A stretch of 62,012 nucleotides of DNA, filler included, from 7 parts of 7 records of this genome joined end to end with filler, not necessarily neighbours in it; one strand, 5' to 3'; shown: positions 26,981 to 38,488, counted from the first letter of the whole stretch. A program made the numbers and translations. The notes: generated by a model not told the origin, from the sequence alone.

Positions 26981-27510
26981 TTTTTCAGGGCGGATACCAG
27001 TTCGGTGGGCTGGTCTTTCACGATCACCATCTCGGCGTACTCAGGTTTCAGGAAGCCCGCGCCAGACATCGTGCGGATGAAGGCCAGCAGCTCATTGTAG
27101 TAACCATCCACGTTGTAAAACGCACAGGGCTTGCTGTGATATCCAAGTTGGCCCCAGGTCCAGGCCTCGAAAATTTCATCCATAGTACCCGGCCCGCCAG
27201 GTAGCGCCACAAAAGCGTCGGCCATATCCGCCATCAGCGCCTTGCGCTCGTGCATGCTGCTCACCACATCCAGGCGGGTCAGGCCCTGATGGGCCAACTC
27301 GCGGTCGCGAAGGGACTCGGGGATAACGCCATATACCTCCCGGCCGCCGGCCAGAACGGCATCGGCAACCACGCCCATCAGGCCCACCTTGCCACCACCA
27401 AATACAAGATCCATACCTTGGCTGGCCATATACTGGCCAAACACTCCGGCGGCTTGGGCAAAACGTTCATCATTTCCCCGGCTGGAGCCACAGAAGACAG
27501 CGATTTTCAT
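26950..27510 (-). CDS. LOG-family nucleotide phosphoribohydrolase
   Basis: VFCGSS, GGGKVGLMG, MHERK and PGGPGTMDE (PGGxGTxxE) motifs. Confidence 0.92.
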   Translation of the reverse strand: MKIAVFCGSSRGNDERFAQAAGVFGQYMASQGMDLVFGGGKVGLMGVVADAVLAGGREVYGVIPESLRDRELAHQGLTRLDVVSSMHERKALMADMADAFVALPGGPGTMDEIFEAWTWGQLGYHSKPCAFYNVDGYYNELLAFIRTMSGAGFLKPEYAEMVIVKDQPTELVSALKNYQPPSRKWS

Positions 27511-27567
27511 GACGGAGTCCTATAACGCGTTCGTGGTTTGATCGGATGAGTAATATACTGTCAGATA

Positions 27568-29427
27568 GTGGCCAGGGAGCGCCAGCGTCAACGACTGGGA
27601 CGAATAACAAGCACCAATGGGGCCATTGCCATCAAGCCATTCAACACCCTCAAAAGCCGACTGATTCTTCTATTCGGTGGGTTGATACTCGTCACCACCG
27701 CCATTGGCACCTGGTTGGCTTCCAATCTGGCTGTTGAAGAACTACGCAAGTCCACCAGCCAAAACCTCCAGGAAGTGGCGGTGCAGTTGAGGGACAAGAT
27801 CGAAATTGATCTCCACGAGCGCTACAGCGACCTGAGCATCGCAGCCGCTATTGCCAGTCAGTCCATTGAGGACGACCAGTCCGTCAGCGTACCGACTCTC
27901 CTCAATGCACTTCAGGACGCCTTCCCAAGCTATGCGTGGATCGGCCTGGTATCACCCGAAGGTACCGTCATCACGAGCACGGACAACCTGCTTCAGGGCG
28001 CCAATGTGTCTGAGCGCCCCTGGTTCCGTGAAGCCTCCAAAGGGCCCTTTCTCGGAGACGCTCACCTCGCGGTGTTGCTGGAGTCCAAACTCGATAACCC
28101 GTCCTCTGTTCCCCTTCGGTTTGTGGATGTTGCTGTACCACTGTATCGGGACAACGGCGAGCTCATGGGCGTTCTTGGTGCACACCTCTACCTGGACTGG
28201 GTGGCGTCCATTGGCCAGTCCTTGCTGGCCCCACTGCAAGAGCGCCTGCAGGCAGAACTCGTCGTGGCCGATCACAAAGGCACCATCCTGATCGGGCCAA
28301 CAAACAGCATTGGTCAGGCCATTCCGGATTCACTGGCGGATGCGGCGAGCCGCAACCCTTCCGGCTATGTGACGGACTCGATGACCGCCGGAGCTTCAGA
28401 TGAACAGACAGAATATCTGATTGGCTTCAGCCGCCTGCGTGATCGTGAGGAATACGCCAGCTTCAACTGGCGAGTGCTGGTACGACAGCCCGCTGAAGAA
28501 GCTTTTGCCCCGGCCAACAACCTTCGCCATACGTTGATTGCCACAGGTTTTGTTGTCTCGCTCTTGCTGATCCTGTTTGCATCCCTGGCCGCACGCTGGA
28601 CCACTCGGCCCTTAATCAAGATGACCGAGGAAGCCCGAAACCTGGACCCGGATCAGCCCTCCACTCTGATTAAGCAGAGAGACGACTACGAGGAGGTAAA
28701 AACCCTATCGTCCACTCTCAGAAACCTGATCCTGAACCTGACTGAGAAAACCCGGGCAATGAACGAGCTCAATAGAACCCTGGAATACCGTGTCGAGGAA
28801 CGAACACGGGAACTGGAGAACACCAACACCCTGCTGGAGGATGAAATCATCCAGCGGGACGCCATGCGCAGGGAGCGAGAAACACTGATCCGCCAATTGG
28901 AGGAAACCGTGCGCACCGACGCACTCACCGGCCTGAAAAACCGGAGACACTATTTCGAACTGGGTCGGACAGCGGTTAAAAAAGCAGTTCGATCAGGGGC
29001 GCCTTTGTCGGCCATTATGTTCGATGCGGATCACTTTAAAAAAGTGAACGACACCCATGGCCACGGCGTCGGTGATAAGGCGCTGGTCCATCTCAGCAAG
29101 CTGGCAACGGAAGCCTTGAGGGATATCGACATTGTTGCCCGTGTGGGCGGAGAGGAATTTGCCGTGCTTCTGGAGAACACCGACGAACCGGGCGCGGAAG
29201 AGGTCGCCGAACGCCTGAGAAGCTTCATCGAGAACAACCCGCTTCCGCTGGAGAGTGGGCACCTTACTTTGGCCATCAGCGCCGGCGTCGCCACCTTCTG
29301 GCCAGACAAGTCGGATAATCTGGATACCCTGCTGCTCTACGCAGACCGGGCTCTGTATCAGGCCAAAGCTGGCGGACGAAACCGGGTTTGCCTCTATTCC
29401 AGTATCCAGAAAACCGCCAACGACTGA
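27568..29427 (+). CDS. Membrane diguanylate cyclase (Cache sensor-HAMP-GGDEF)
   Basis: Two TMs around a Cache-like domain (RPWFREA); DALTGLKNRR, DADHFKKVND, I-site RDID and active site GGEEF. Exact start uncertain. Confidence 0.92.
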   Translation: MARERQRQRLGRITSTNGAIAIKPFNTLKSRLILLFGGLILVTTAIGTWLASNLAVEELRKSTSQNLQEVAVQLRDKIEIDLHERYSDLSIAAAIASQSIEDDQSVSVPTLLNALQDAFPSYAWIGLVSPEGTVITSTDNLLQGANVSERPWFREASKGPFLGDAHLAVLLESKLDNPSSVPLRFVDVAVPLYRDNGELMGVLGAHLYLDWVASIGQSLLAPLQERLQAELVVADHKGTILIGPTNSIGQAIPDSLADAASRNPSGYVTDSMTAGASDEQTEYLIGFSRLRDREEYASFNWRVLVRQPAEEAFAPANNLRHTLIATGFVVSLLLILFASLAARWTTRPLIKMTEEARNLDPDQPSTLIKQRDDYEEVKTLSSTLRNLILNLTEKTRAMNELNRTLEYRVEERTRELENTNTLLEDEIIQRDAMRRERETLIRQLEETVRTDALTGLKNRRHYFELGRTAVKKAVRSGAPLSAIMFDADHFKKVNDTHGHGVGDKALVHLSKLATEALRDIDIVARVGGEEFAVLLENTDEPGAEEVAERLRSFIENNPLPLESGHLTLAISAGVATFWPDKSDNLDTLLLYADRALYQAKAGGRNRVCLYSSIQKTAND

Positions 29428-29457
29428 CTTTCCACAACCAGAACGGAATCGTTTTCC

Positions 29458-30492
29458 ATGAAAACCGTTTTTTCCCCGCTGCACAATCGCCGTACCGCCA
29501 CGACCGAGCTGGACGGCGGCGTATTGATCGCCCCTCACGAGAAACCGTCCCGGGCGGAGACCATACTGGGCCGGGTCAAGCAGGAACAACTGGGAGACGT
29601 TCTTCCACCGGACGACTTCGGCCTGGAACCGATTCTGCGCGTGCACACCCCGGATTACGTGAGCTTCCTCCAGACCTGCTGGAAGGATTGGGAAGCCGAG
29701 GATAAACCCGGCGAGGCCATTCCCGCCGTTTGGCCGGGCCGGGGGATGCGGGAAAGGGTGCCAAAAGACATCGACGGCCGCCTGGGTTACTACAGCTTTG
29801 CCGCCGAGACCTCGATCACCGAGGGTACCTGGGACGCCGCCTGCGCCTCGGCAAACGTCGCACTGACCGCTCAGGCACTGGTGGCCAACGGGGAGCCTGC
29901 CGCGTTTGCACTATGCCGCCCACCTGGGCATCACGCCCATGCCGATCTGTTCGGAGGCTACTGCTTTTTCAATAACGCGGCTATTTCGGCCCAGGCATTT
30001 CGGGACCAGGGCGCCAAACGCGTGGCGATACTGGATGTCGACTTCCATCATGGCAACGGTACCCAGGCCATTTTCTACCAGCGCAGCGACGTGCTGACCA
30101 TCAGTCTGCACGGCGACCCGGACCTGGTGTTCCCTCACTTCCTGGGGTTTGAGGATGAAACCGGCGAAGGCGACGGCAACGGCTATAACCAGAACCTGGT
30201 GTATCCACCCGGCACGCACTTCAAGGTCTGGCACGAAGGGCTGGAAACCGCTTGCCAGCGCATTGCAGAATACCAGCCCGAAGCACTGGTGATCGCCCTG
30301 GGAGTAGACACCTTCGAGGACGATCCGATTTCCTTCTTCAAGCTGACGTCTGCGGACTACCTGCTGATGGGGGAGCGGCTGTCGAAACTGAATCTACCTA
30401 CCCTGTTCACCATGGAAGGCGGCTACGACGTGGACGCCATCGGCGTAAATGTGGTGAACGTACTGAAGGGTTTTGAACGCGGCCGGCTATGA
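29458..30492 (+). CDS. Histone-deacetylase-family enzyme (acetylpolyamine amidohydrolase-like)
   Basis: RPPGHHA, GGYCFFNNAA, DVDFHHGNGTQ, LGVDT and EGGY motifs. Confidence 0.9.
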   Translation: MKTVFSPLHNRRTATTELDGGVLIAPHEKPSRAETILGRVKQEQLGDVLPPDDFGLEPILRVHTPDYVSFLQTCWKDWEAEDKPGEAIPAVWPGRGMRERVPKDIDGRLGYYSFAAETSITEGTWDAACASANVALTAQALVANGEPAAFALCRPPGHHAHADLFGGYCFFNNAAISAQAFRDQGAKRVAILDVDFHHGNGTQAIFYQRSDVLTISLHGDPDLVFPHFLGFEDETGEGDGNGYNQNLVYPPGTHFKVWHEGLETACQRIAEYQPEALVIALGVDTFEDDPISFFKLTSADYLLMGERLSKLNLPTLFTMEGGYDVDAIGVNVVNVLKGFERGRL

Positions 30493-31041
30493 GTCCGGCT
30501 CGTTCAGTTTGGCGAAGGCCTCCGGATAACGGCGCTTCATTCTCGCCAGGCGGAAGATGGTGATGAAATTGGTCACCACCACCATACCCTCTGCCAGCGT
30601 GCCGCCGACAGAGCCAATTAGCAGGTTGTTCAACATCCAGCAGATCGCAGCAGCGGCCAGCGTCAGCCGCATGGGAATGCCGCGCAGCATAAACATGCCG
30701 ACGGTGCCGAACATGGCCGCGCCAATGGCAAAGAAATCGACGGGCGTCCGCCAGGTCAGAGCCGCTGCCAGCAGGTTTACCGCGAGCACCGCCAGCATGA
30801 CTTTCCAGTTGCCCAGGTATCGCCTGGCCAGTACGATACGGCCGATCACCAGCAAACTCAGCACCGCCGCCGTCCAACTGCCGAACAGGGCAAACTGAAG
30901 GGCAAAGGCCACATTCGCGGAGATCAGCAGCACCATCAAACGGTCATCCCGCTTGCTGGCAAAGCCGACAATGCAGAAGCCCAGTGCAATCAGGCTGACC
31001 GCCTGGCCCGCCATCTCTGTCAGGCTCATTCCCTCAAACAT
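30487..31041 (-). CDS. YgjV-family inner membrane protein
   Basis: Several short TM segments; LRGIPMR and WMLNNLLIGSVGGTLAE patterns. Confidence 0.75.
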   Translation of the reverse strand: MFEGMSLTEMAGQAVSLIALGFCIVGFASKRDDRLMVLLISANVAFALQFALFGSWTAAVLSLLVIGRIVLARRYLGNWKVMLAVLAVNLLAAALTWRTPVDFFAIGAAMFGTVGMFMLRGIPMRLTLAAAAICWMLNNLLIGSVGGTLAEGMVVVTNFITIFRLARMKRRYPEAFAKLNEPDS

Positions 31042-31086
31042 CGCGGGCAGCCCGACCTGGCATTTGATGGCTGCGGTTAACCCGGA

Positions 31087-31296
31087 TCACCGCCTGCGGT
31101 AATCCGGGTCCGTCCAGCACTGCGGCAGGGATTCCCCGGAGGGGAAATTCAGGCCGGCCTTGTCGAAAAACTCCGGGTCCTGGGCTTCTTCGCCAAAATG
31201 CAGACTGCCCTTAACGGTCGATTCGTTGGGGTCGATCAGCATTTTGGTGTCCAACACCTCAATCATGTGTCCGGTCGATTTCTCGGCGAGAAACAT
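31087..31296 (-). CDS. Small conserved hypothetical protein
   Basis: 69 aa with GGAGG RBS; GEEAQDPE..K..L.FPSGESLPQCWTDPDYR looks like a conserved family motif. Confidence 0.75.
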   Translation of the reverse strand: MFLAEKSTGHMIEVLDTKMLIDPNESTVKGSLHFGEEAQDPEFFDKAGLNFPSGESLPQCWTDPDYRRR

Positions 31297-31336
31297 AAAG
31301 CCCTCCCGGGTTTCCCCTGATGGTGTGTGATGCTAT

Positions 31337-32554
31337 CTAGCTCGCTAACTCAATCTTCCTGAAGTCGAGTGTATTCTCTTTGGGCGAACCTTCAATGCCC
31401 ATCACCTCAGCGCGACGTTTCGTGACAATGTACACGAAGCAGCCGAAGTACAGCGCAATCACCAGAGCGCCCACCCACTGAATGCGCAGGAAGTCGAGCT
31501 GGAACAGCAGCGTCAAACCACACATCACAATCAGGTTGCCGAAATAATACTTCCACTGTCCCAGCCGGCTTGCGGTCAGGTTGAGATTGTCTGTGTAGAG
31601 CCGGATCAGTGAGTCCAGTGAGTTGATCACCATCAGGATACCCACCGTGATCATGGCTATGTTGATATAGCTGGCGATGTTCAGGCCTTCAGCGTGGTAA
31701 TGGTAGAGCACCGAGAACCAGGTACCGATGGCAATGGACGGAAACACCAGCATCGCGATCATCAACTGCCAGGTGCGCAGGCCACTGACAAAGCGCGCAG
31801 TGAACTGGCCGATCATGATGCTCCAGGAGAACCACCAGAACAGGTAAAACTCGTGGTAGTCGTTCAACGGCAACATGAAGTGATGCAGGTTGGTGAAGTA
31901 CTCACCAATCAACCCTGCCGTGCCAAAGAAGTCGCCGACACTGCCGTTGCCCGTCAGGAAGGCACGGCCCCACATTACCGCAATCAGCGCGATAAACAGC
32001 CAACTGGAACCCAGGCTGAGTATGCGCACGTACTTGATTTTACTGCTGGAATAAACCGCCGCCGCAATCGCCGCGAAGACGATCAGGTAGAACGTCGGCA
32101 CGACGGTTTCGCCGTCACCAATTTCCGGCAGATACCAGGGCAGGTTGACCAGCAACAGGAACGCAGTAAAGGCACAGGTGCCGATGATCACCACATTGTT
32201 GACCACTCGCACCAGCGGTATGTCGAAAAACTTGACCCGCGGCTCGATCACACAGAAGTAGAAGCAGGTAAGGAAGTAGAACCCCCAGATCAGAAAGGCC
32301 CAGAACCCGAACTCAATCGCCAGTGGGTTAGCGAAGCCGTACTCAGGACTTTCCGTCAGGTTGCCGTAACCGGCAAATTCCGTCAGCGGAAACATGATCA
32401 GGCCGACATCCAGGCCCGAGGTAAACAGAATGGCGATAAACGTGAAGGTACGTACCGGCGTCACGCCGATGACTTTCAGGTCCCACCATTTGAACAGGAT
32501 CAGCACGATAGCCGCGAAAGTGAAAATCAGGCCTGTGGATAACCAGAGTGTCAT
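31337..32554 (-). CDS. Short BCCT-family (probable choline/betaine) transporter
   Basis: LFTSGLDVGLIMFP and FYLFWWFSWSIMIGQFTARFVSG (BCCT Trp-rich motif); lies downstream of betIBA. Start moved to the ATG at 32554 after GGAGG. Confidence 0.82.
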   Translation of the reverse strand: MTLWLSTGLIFTFAAIVLILFKWWDLKVIGVTPVRTFTFIAILFTSGLDVGLIMFPLTEFAGYGNLTESPEYGFANPLAIEFGFWAFLIWGFYFLTCFYFCVIEPRVKFFDIPLVRVVNNVVIIGTCAFTAFLLLVNLPWYLPEIGDGETVVPTFYLIVFAAIAAAVYSSSKIKYVRILSLGSSWLFIALIAVMWGRAFLTGNGSVGDFFGTAGLIGEYFTNLHHFMLPLNDYHEFYLFWWFSWSIMIGQFTARFVSGLRTWQLMIAMLVFPSIAIGTWFSVLYHYHAEGLNIASYINIAMITVGILMVINSLDSLIRLYTDNLNLTASRLGQWKYYFGNLIVMCGLTLLFQLDFLRIQWVGALVIALYFGCFVYIVTKRRAEVMGIEGSPKENTLDFRKIELAS

Positions 32555-32750
32555 ACACACCTCCAGTTTCTGGCGTTACTTATTATATGGGACAACATGG
32601 GTGTTCCTCCTCTACTTTGAAGCACGTGTTCATTCGAATCGGACACAAACCCCCGCGTTGACGGGTCAACACTTAACTATCGCGCGCTCAGAACGACACG
32701 GTTATCGCGCCGCAGCGACGATAGGTAAGTCCTGATGGTTTGCATAACAA

Positions 32751-32772
32751 CCGGCGGCCATTGCGCCGCCGG
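32751..32772 (-). terminator. GC-rich hairpin just after betA
   Basis: CCGGCGGC-CATTGC-GCCGCCGG stem with a weak U-tail (TTGTTAT) on the minus strand. Confidence 0.5.
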
Positions 32773-32780
32773 GAACGGTA

Positions 32781-34466
32781 TCAGGCGATCTCGCGCGCGG
32801 CCCCTCCGGGGCGCTGGCGATCTCGCCATTGCTCGTCCATCGCCACAGGGGCGTCAGACGGATTCAGTGGCGCCAGGCCACGAATGAGGTCAGCGGCACG
32901 CTCCGCCACCATGATGGTGGGAGCATTGAGGTTGCCGTTGGGAATAGTGGGGAAGATGGACGAGTCCACTACCCGCAGGCCGGTGAGGCCATGAACCCGC
33001 GTATCGGGCCCTACCACCGCCTGATCATCCACACCCATCTTGCAGGTGCAGGACGGGTGATAGGCGCTTTCCACCGCCTGGCGGACAAAGGCGTCTATTT
33101 CTTCGTCACTCTGCACATCAACGCCGGGCTGGATTTCGGAGCCTCGATAGGCGTCCATCGCCGGCTGGCTGACAATCTCACGGGTCAGGCGCACACAATC
33201 ACGGAAGCCTTCGCGGTCATCCTCGTGCTGCAGGTAGTTGAACTGGATGCGCGGCGGCTGGCGCGGATCGTCTGACTGCACAGTTACCGAACCACGGCTC
33301 TTGGGCTTGTTGTGGCCGATATGCAGCTGGAAGCCGTCGCCATCGAAGGCTTCCTTGCCGTCGTAGCGCATGGCCGCTGGCAAAAAGTGATATTGCAGAT
33401 CCGGCCACTCGACGCCCGCCTTGGAGCGGATAAATCCGCAGGACTCAAAGTGGTTGGTGGCACCCAGGCCGTCTTTCTTAAGTAACCAGCGAACACCGAT
33501 CTTGAGCTTGTTCCACCAGTCGAGCTTGCCATTGAGAGAGACCGGCTGCTTGCAGCGGAACTGGAAATAGAACTCCAGGTGATCCTGCAGGTTGCCGCCC
33601 ACACCCGCCAGTTCGTGATTGACGGGGATTTCAGCCTGCTCCAGTACGTCGCGGTTGCCAATGCCGGAAAGCTGCAACAGATGGGGCGAACCGATAGACC
33701 CGGCGGACAGGATCACTTCCTCTGATGCCGTAACGTCCACCAGTTTGCCGTCTTTCTCGTAGCGTACGCCGGTGGCCTGTTTGCCTTCCAGCAACACCTT
33801 GTGCACCAGCGCATGGGTGACCACGGTTAGATTGTCCCGCGCCATGGCGGGGCGCAGGTATGCGTTGGCGGTAGACCAGCGGCGACCATTCTTGACGGTC
33901 ATGTGCATGGCGCCGAAACCTTCCTGGCGCTCGCCGTTGTAGTCGTCGGTGGCGAAGTAGCCAGCATCCACACCTGCGTCCACAAAGGCCTTGTAGAGCG
34001 GGTTCTGCATGTTGTTGCCGTTATTCACGCCCAGCGGGCCCTGGTCACCACGGTAGTCATCAGCGCCAAAGGCCCAGGTTTCCGCCTTCTTGAAATAGGG
34101 CAGGCAGTGGCGATAGTCCCAGCCCTCGGCGCCCTGCTCCTGCCACTCGTCGAAATCACGGGCATGGCCACGTACGTATACCATGCCGTTGATGGAGGAA
34201 GAGCCGCCCAGCACCTTGCCCCGGGGGCAGTGCATGCGGCGGTTATCCAGGTAGGGTTCCGGCTCGGTCTCAAACTGCCAGGCGTATTTTTTGGTGTTCA
34301 TGGGGATGGACAGCGCCGTGGGCATCTGGATAAAGATGCTCTTGTCGCTGCCGCCGGTTTCCAGCAGCAGCACCCGGTGGCGGCCATCCTCGGTAAGCCG
34401 GTTGGCCAGCACACAGCCTGCAGACCCCGCGCCGACAATGATGTAATCGTAGTTCACTTCTTTCAT
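32781..34466 (-). CDS. betA: Choline dehydrogenase
   Basis: GMC motifs [47 protein letters not shown] and GNLNAPT. Confidence 0.97.
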   Translation of the reverse strand: MKEVNYDYIIVGAGSAGCVLANRLTEDGRHRVLLLETGGSDKSIFIQMPTALSIPMNTKKYAWQFETEPEPYLDNRRMHCPRGKVLGGSSSINGMVYVRGHARDFDEWQEQGAEGWDYRHCLPYFKKAETWAFGADDYRGDQGPLGVNNGNNMQNPLYKAFVDAGVDAGYFATDDYNGERQEGFGAMHMTVKNGRRWSTANAYLRPAMARDNLTVVTHALVHKVLLEGKQATGVRYEKDGKLVDVTASEEVILSAGSIGSPHLLQLSGIGNRDVLEQAEIPVNHELAGVGGNLQDHLEFYFQFRCKQPVSLNGKLDWWNKLKIGVRWLLKKDGLGATNHFESCGFIRSKAGVEWPDLQYHFLPAAMRYDGKEAFDGDGFQLHIGHNKPKSRGSVTVQSDDPRQPPRIQFNYLQHEDDREGFRDCVRLTREIVSQPAMDAYRGSEIQPGVDVQSDEEIDAFVRQAVESAYHPSCTCKMGVDDQAVVGPDTRVHGLTGLRVVDSSIFPTIPNGNLNAPTIMVAERAADLIRGLAPLNPSDAPVAMDEQWRDRQRPGGAAREIA

Positions 34467-34487
34467 ACGCAACTCCTGACAACCCGC

Positions 34488-35954
34488 TTAAAAAGGGCTG
34501 TCTATGTCCTCCATGCCCACGTACACCGCCTTCAGTTGGGTGTAGTGGTCGAGTGTGACTCGGCCGTTCTCGCGGCCAACACCGGAGAGCTTGTAGCCAC
34601 CCACCGGCATTTCCGCAGGCGATGCTCCGTAGCTGTTGATCCAGCAGATGCCAGCCTGGATGCGGTGAATCACCCGGTGGGCGCGACGGATATCGTTGGT
34701 GAACACGCCAGCGGCAAGGCCGGTGTCGGTATTGTTGGCCCGGTCGATCACTTCCTCCTCGTCGGAGAAGGTCAGTACCGACATCACCGGCCCGAAGATT
34801 TCCTCACGGCAGATAGTCATGTCGTCGGTGCAATCGGTGAAAATCGTGGGCTCCACGAAGTAACCGCCGGGCGCGGAGCCTGGCTTCGCGGCCTTACCGC
34901 CGTGGCTGAGGGTGGCGCCCTCGGCAATGCCTTTCTCGATGTAATCCAGCACCAGTTGCTGGTGCTTCTGCGAGATCAATGCGCCAAAGTTGGTGTCCGG
35001 ATCGGTGGGATCGCCCATACGGATATTGTTCAGTGTCCGCTCCAGCAGGCGGTCCATGAACTCCGAATAGATGTCTTCATGCACAAACACGCGCGTCCCG
35101 TTGGTGCAGACCTCGCCCTGGGTATAGAAGTTACCCAGCATGGCTGCGGACACTGCGTTATCGATGTCTGCATCGTCGAAAACGATCAGCGGTGATTTAC
35201 CACCAAGTTCCATGGTGACGTCTTTCAGGGTGGAGGCAGCCGCGGTCATTACCTTCCGGCCAGTGCCGACTTCCCCGGTGAACGACACCTTGGCGATATC
35301 GGGGCTGTGGGTCAGCCAGGCACCGACATCACCCGCGCCCTGGACCACGTTGAACACGCCGGCCGGTACGCCGGCTTCGACAAAGATCTCCGCCAGCTTG
35401 AGGGCGCCCATTGGCGTTTCCTCCGAGGGCTTGAAGATCATGCTGTTGCCGGTAGCCAGGGCCGGGGCGGACTTCCAGCAGGCAATCTGCAGCGGGTAGT
35501 TCCACGCACCGATACCAGCGCACACGCCCAGCGGCTCACGACGGGTGTAATAGAAATCCCCGCCAAGGTCCTGCTGGTTGCCCTCTACCGAGGGCGCCAG
35601 CCCCGCAAAATACTCCAGGGTGTCTGCACCGGTTACCACGTCTACGACCTGGGCTTCCTGCCAGGGTTTGCCGGTGTCCTGAACTTCCAGGGCAGCCAGT
35701 TCGTCATTACGCTCCCGCAGCAACGCCACGGCACGCTGGAGAATACGGCCACGCTGGGCTCCGGTCATCGCAGACCAGACCTTGAAGCCGTCCTGGGCGC
35801 TGTCTATCGCGGCCTTTTGGACAGCTTCATCGGCGATTTCCATTTCATAGATCACTTCGCCCGTGGCCGGATTCACAACCGGGAAGGTTTCACCGGAGGC
35901 ATTGGCCATGGGCTGGCCGTTGATAAAGTTCTGATAACGGGGCAATTCAGTCAT
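34488..35954 (-). CDS. betB: Betaine aldehyde dehydrogenase
   Basis: [35 protein letters not shown] and EEIFGPV; between betI and betA. Confidence 0.97.
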   Translation of the reverse strand: MTELPRYQNFINGQPMANASGETFPVVNPATGEVIYEMEIADEAVQKAAIDSAQDGFKVWSAMTGAQRGRILQRAVALLRERNDELAALEVQDTGKPWQEAQVVDVVTGADTLEYFAGLAPSVEGNQQDLGGDFYYTRREPLGVCAGIGAWNYPLQIACWKSAPALATGNSMIFKPSEETPMGALKLAEIFVEAGVPAGVFNVVQGAGDVGAWLTHSPDIAKVSFTGEVGTGRKVMTAAASTLKDVTMELGGKSPLIVFDDADIDNAVSAAMLGNFYTQGEVCTNGTRVFVHEDIYSEFMDRLLERTLNNIRMGDPTDPDTNFGALISQKHQQLVLDYIEKGIAEGATLSHGGKAAKPGSAPGGYFVEPTIFTDCTDDMTICREEIFGPVMSVLTFSDEEEVIDRANNTDTGLAAGVFTNDIRRAHRVIHRIQAGICWINSYGASPAEMPVGGYKLSGVGRENGRVTLDHYTQLKAVYVGMEDIDSPF

Positions 35955-35985
35955 GGGATTCAAACCTGATCGTGTGAATTCGGGG

Positions 35986-36579
35986 TTAATTAAGGGCGGA
36001 TTCGAGTGCGTTCAATGCAAATCGTTTACACAGCGTTTCCGCCGCTGAGAAGCCTTCCTGAGGATCGGTGCTCAGGGCACTTCGCAGCCAGAAGCCGTCG
36101 ATCATCGACGCCAGCTGGCGGGCGGCTTCGGTGGCGGCCTGTTTTGGCAAACGCTGGGCGAAGGAGTAACGCAGATTACTGTACAGCCTGGCGTTGTTGA
36201 TCTGCTGCAGGCGCTGCAAACCCGGCTCGTGCATGGAGCGGGCCCAGAAGCTGAGCCAGGTCTTTGCCGCCAGATCGGTGCGCTGGAACTCGGAAAAATT
36301 GGCTTCGACGATGCACTGAAGGCGTTGTTCCGGCGACCCATCGGTGCGGGCCATCCGCTCCCGCAATTCCTTCCCCAACTGGTCCAGCAAATAACGCAAC
36401 GCGGCTTCGATCAGCCCCTGCTTACCACCGAAATAGTGGCTGATGATGCCGGACGACATGCCGGCACGACGGCTGATGGAGATGATGGTGGTGTTCTGCA
36501 GCCCCAGCTCGGCAATAGACGCCATGGTGGCATCAATCAGTTGCTGCTTTCGGGTATCTTTCACGCCAACAATCGGCAT
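35986..36579 (-). CDS. betI: Choline-responsive TetR-family repressor
   Basis: [38 protein letters not shown] and [13 protein letters not shown] at 36579 after AGGAAG. Confidence 0.96.
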   Translation of the reverse strand: MPIVGVKDTRKQQLIDATMASIAELGLQNTTIISISRRAGMSSGIISHYFGGKQGLIEAALRYLLDQLGKELRERMARTDGSPEQRLQCIVEANFSEFQRTDLAAKTWLSFWARSMHEPGLQRLQQINNARLYSNLRYSFAQRLPKQAATEAARQLASMIDGFWLRSALSTDPQEGFSAAETLCKRFALNALESALN

Positions 36580-36599
36580 CGCGCTTCCTGTCCGTTTTA

Positions 36600-36619
36600 T
36601 TAATTGAACGTTCAATTAA
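36600..36619. promoter_or_regulatory. BetI operator
   Basis: Perfect 20-bp palindrome TTAATTGAACGTTCAATTAA, 20 nt upstream of betI; matches the ATTGAAC..TCAAT BetI box. Confidence 0.88.
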
Positions 36620-36684
36620 AATAAAGTGTACAGAAAGTAATCGACTTGTACAACCTAACCGCTCCACTCCCAGGAAACGCCCAT

Positions 36685-36721
36685 AAAAAAGCCCCGCTAT
36701 CCGGAAACCGGACAACGGGGC
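36685..36721 (-). terminator. Rho-independent terminator of ahpF
   Basis: Minus strand GCCCCGTTGTCCGG-TTT-CCGGATAGCGGGGC followed by TTTTTT. Confidence 0.8.
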
Positions 36722-36791
36722 GGAAAAACACGAACTGGTTAGGGGTCAGCCGTGTGTGAACCTGTTTTCACGCCGAATTTCAGGCGGAGCT

Positions 36792-38384
36792 TCAGGCCGC
36801 AGCTTCGTCACTCTCGCTCTCATCAACGGAGTTTCGAATCAGGAAGTCGAACGCGCTCAGGGCGGCCTTGGAGCCTTCACCCATAGAGATCACGATCTGC
36901 TTGTAGGGCACGGTGGTAGCGTCACCGGCCGCAAACACGCCCGGGATGGAGGTTTCGCCCCGGTCGTCGACAATGATCTCGCCATGCTGGCTCAGCTCGA
37001 TGTCACCTTTCAGCCACTCGGTGTTCGGCACCAGGCCAATCTGGACGAACACACCTTCCAACGATACATGGTGGCTCTCTCCGGTTGTGCGGTCGGTATA
37101 CTGAAGGCCGTTCACCTTGCCGTTCTCGCCGGTAATCTCAGTGGTCTGGCCCGAGGTAATGATTTCCACGTTCTTCAGGCTGCGCAGTTTCTTCTGCAGC
37201 ACATCGTCTGCGCGCATGGCAGCGCCGAACTCAATCAGAGTCACGTGGCCAACAATACCCGCCAGGTCGATGGCCGCTTCCACGCCGGAGTTACCGCCGC
37301 CGATCACCGCCACACGCTTGCCCTTGAACAAGGGGCCGTCGCAGTGCGGGCAATAGGCCACACCTTTATTGCGGTATTCCTCTTCTCCCGGAACACCCAT
37401 CTGGCGCCAGCGAGCGCCGGTGGACAGAACCAGCGTGCGGCTCTTCAAAGAGGCGCCATTGGCCAGACGCACTTCGTGGTAGCCACCCTTACGGGCCGCC
37501 GGGATCAGTTTTTCAGCGCGCTGCAGGTTCATGATGTCTACATCATATTCCTTGACGTGCTGCTCCATGGCCGCCACCAGCTTGGGGCCCTCGGTGTAGG
37601 GCACAGAGATCAGGTTCTCGATGCCCATGGTGTCCGCCACCTGGCCACCGAAGCGTTCTGCGGCGATACCGGTAGAGATACCCTTGCGCGCCGCATAGAT
37701 AGCGGCTGAAGAACCCGCCGGGCCACCTCCAATGACCAGCACCTCGAACGGGTCTTTTTGCTGGAGCTTCTCAGCGTCACGAGCCTCTGCACCAGTGTCG
37801 ACCTTCGCGATAATCTGCTCCAGAGTCATGCGGCCCTGGCCAAACGGCTTGCCATTGAGATAAACGCTGGGCACTGCCATGACTTCACGCTGCTCCACTT
37901 CATCCTGGAACAGGGCACCGTCGATCGCCGTATGCTTGATCCTTGGATTGAGGACGCTCATCAGGTTCAGCGCCTGGACCACGTCCGGACAGTTCTGGCA
38001 CGACAGCGAGAAGTAGGTTTCAAACTCAAAGTCGCCGTCCAGGTCTTTGACCTGTTCAATCACTTCCTGGCTGGCCTTGGGCGGATGACCACCTACCTGC
38101 AACAGCGCCAGAACAAGGGAGGTAAATTCATGGCCCATGGGGATGCCGGCGAATCGCACGCCGATGTCGCTGCCAACACGATTAATGGCAAATGACGGGC
38201 GACGTACTTGCTCTGACTCTTCCGTGCGCAGGCTGATCTTGTCAGACATGGGCTCGAGCTCGTCCAGCAACTGCTTCAGTTCCTGGGACTTTTCGCTGTC
38301 GTCATAAGCGGCAACCAGCTCGATCGGCTGCTGCAGCTTGTCCATGTAAGCGTTCAACTGTTCCTTGATACTGGCATCCAACAT
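36792..38384 (-). CDS. ahpF: Alkyl hydroperoxide reductase subunit F
   Basis: [30 protein letters not shown] and [14 protein letters not shown] motifs. Confidence 0.97.
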   Translation of the reverse strand: MLDASIKEQLNAYMDKLQQPIELVAAYDDSEKSQELKQLLDELEPMSDKISLRTEESEQVRRPSFAINRVGSDIGVRFAGIPMGHEFTSLVLALLQVGGHPPKASQEVIEQVKDLDGDFEFETYFSLSCQNCPDVVQALNLMSVLNPRIKHTAIDGALFQDEVEQREVMAVPSVYLNGKPFGQGRMTLEQIIAKVDTGAEARDAEKLQQKDPFEVLVIGGGPAGSSAAIYAARKGISTGIAAERFGGQVADTMGIENLISVPYTEGPKLVAAMEQHVKEYDVDIMNLQRAEKLIPAARKGGYHEVRLANGASLKSRTLVLSTGARWRQMGVPGEEEYRNKGVAYCPHCDGPLFKGKRVAVIGGGNSGVEAAIDLAGIVGHVTLIEFGAAMRADDVLQKKLRSLKNVEIITSGQTTEITGENGKVNGLQYTDRTTGESHHVSLEGVFVQIGLVPNTEWLKGDIELSQHGEIIVDDRGETSIPGVFAAGDATTVPYKQIVISMGEGSKAALSAFDFLIRNSVDESESDEAAA

Positions 38385-38488
38385 GCTCTCTTTTCCCCTC
38401 TGAATAGCGTAAAACTGAATGTGCGAACTCGGTTTGAGTCGTGAATCGAATATAGGAGAACGATACGGACTGGCCTTCCACAGCTCAA

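Noticed and set aside
27568-29427. This diguanylate cyclase as the missing SiaD for the siaBC locus
   Set aside because: It is on a different contig from a different lineage and has a Cache-HAMP architecture with no SiaD-like stalk.
25940-31300. pfkB, LOG, the cyclase and neighbours as integron cassettes
   Set aside because: They lie on the 3' side of intI, have mixed orientations and show no attC-like RYYYAAC...GTTRRRY hairpins between them.
33903-37709. Plus-strand ORFs of 430 aa (33903-35195) and 317 aa (36756-37709)
   Set aside because: Antisense shadows of betA/betB and ahpF.
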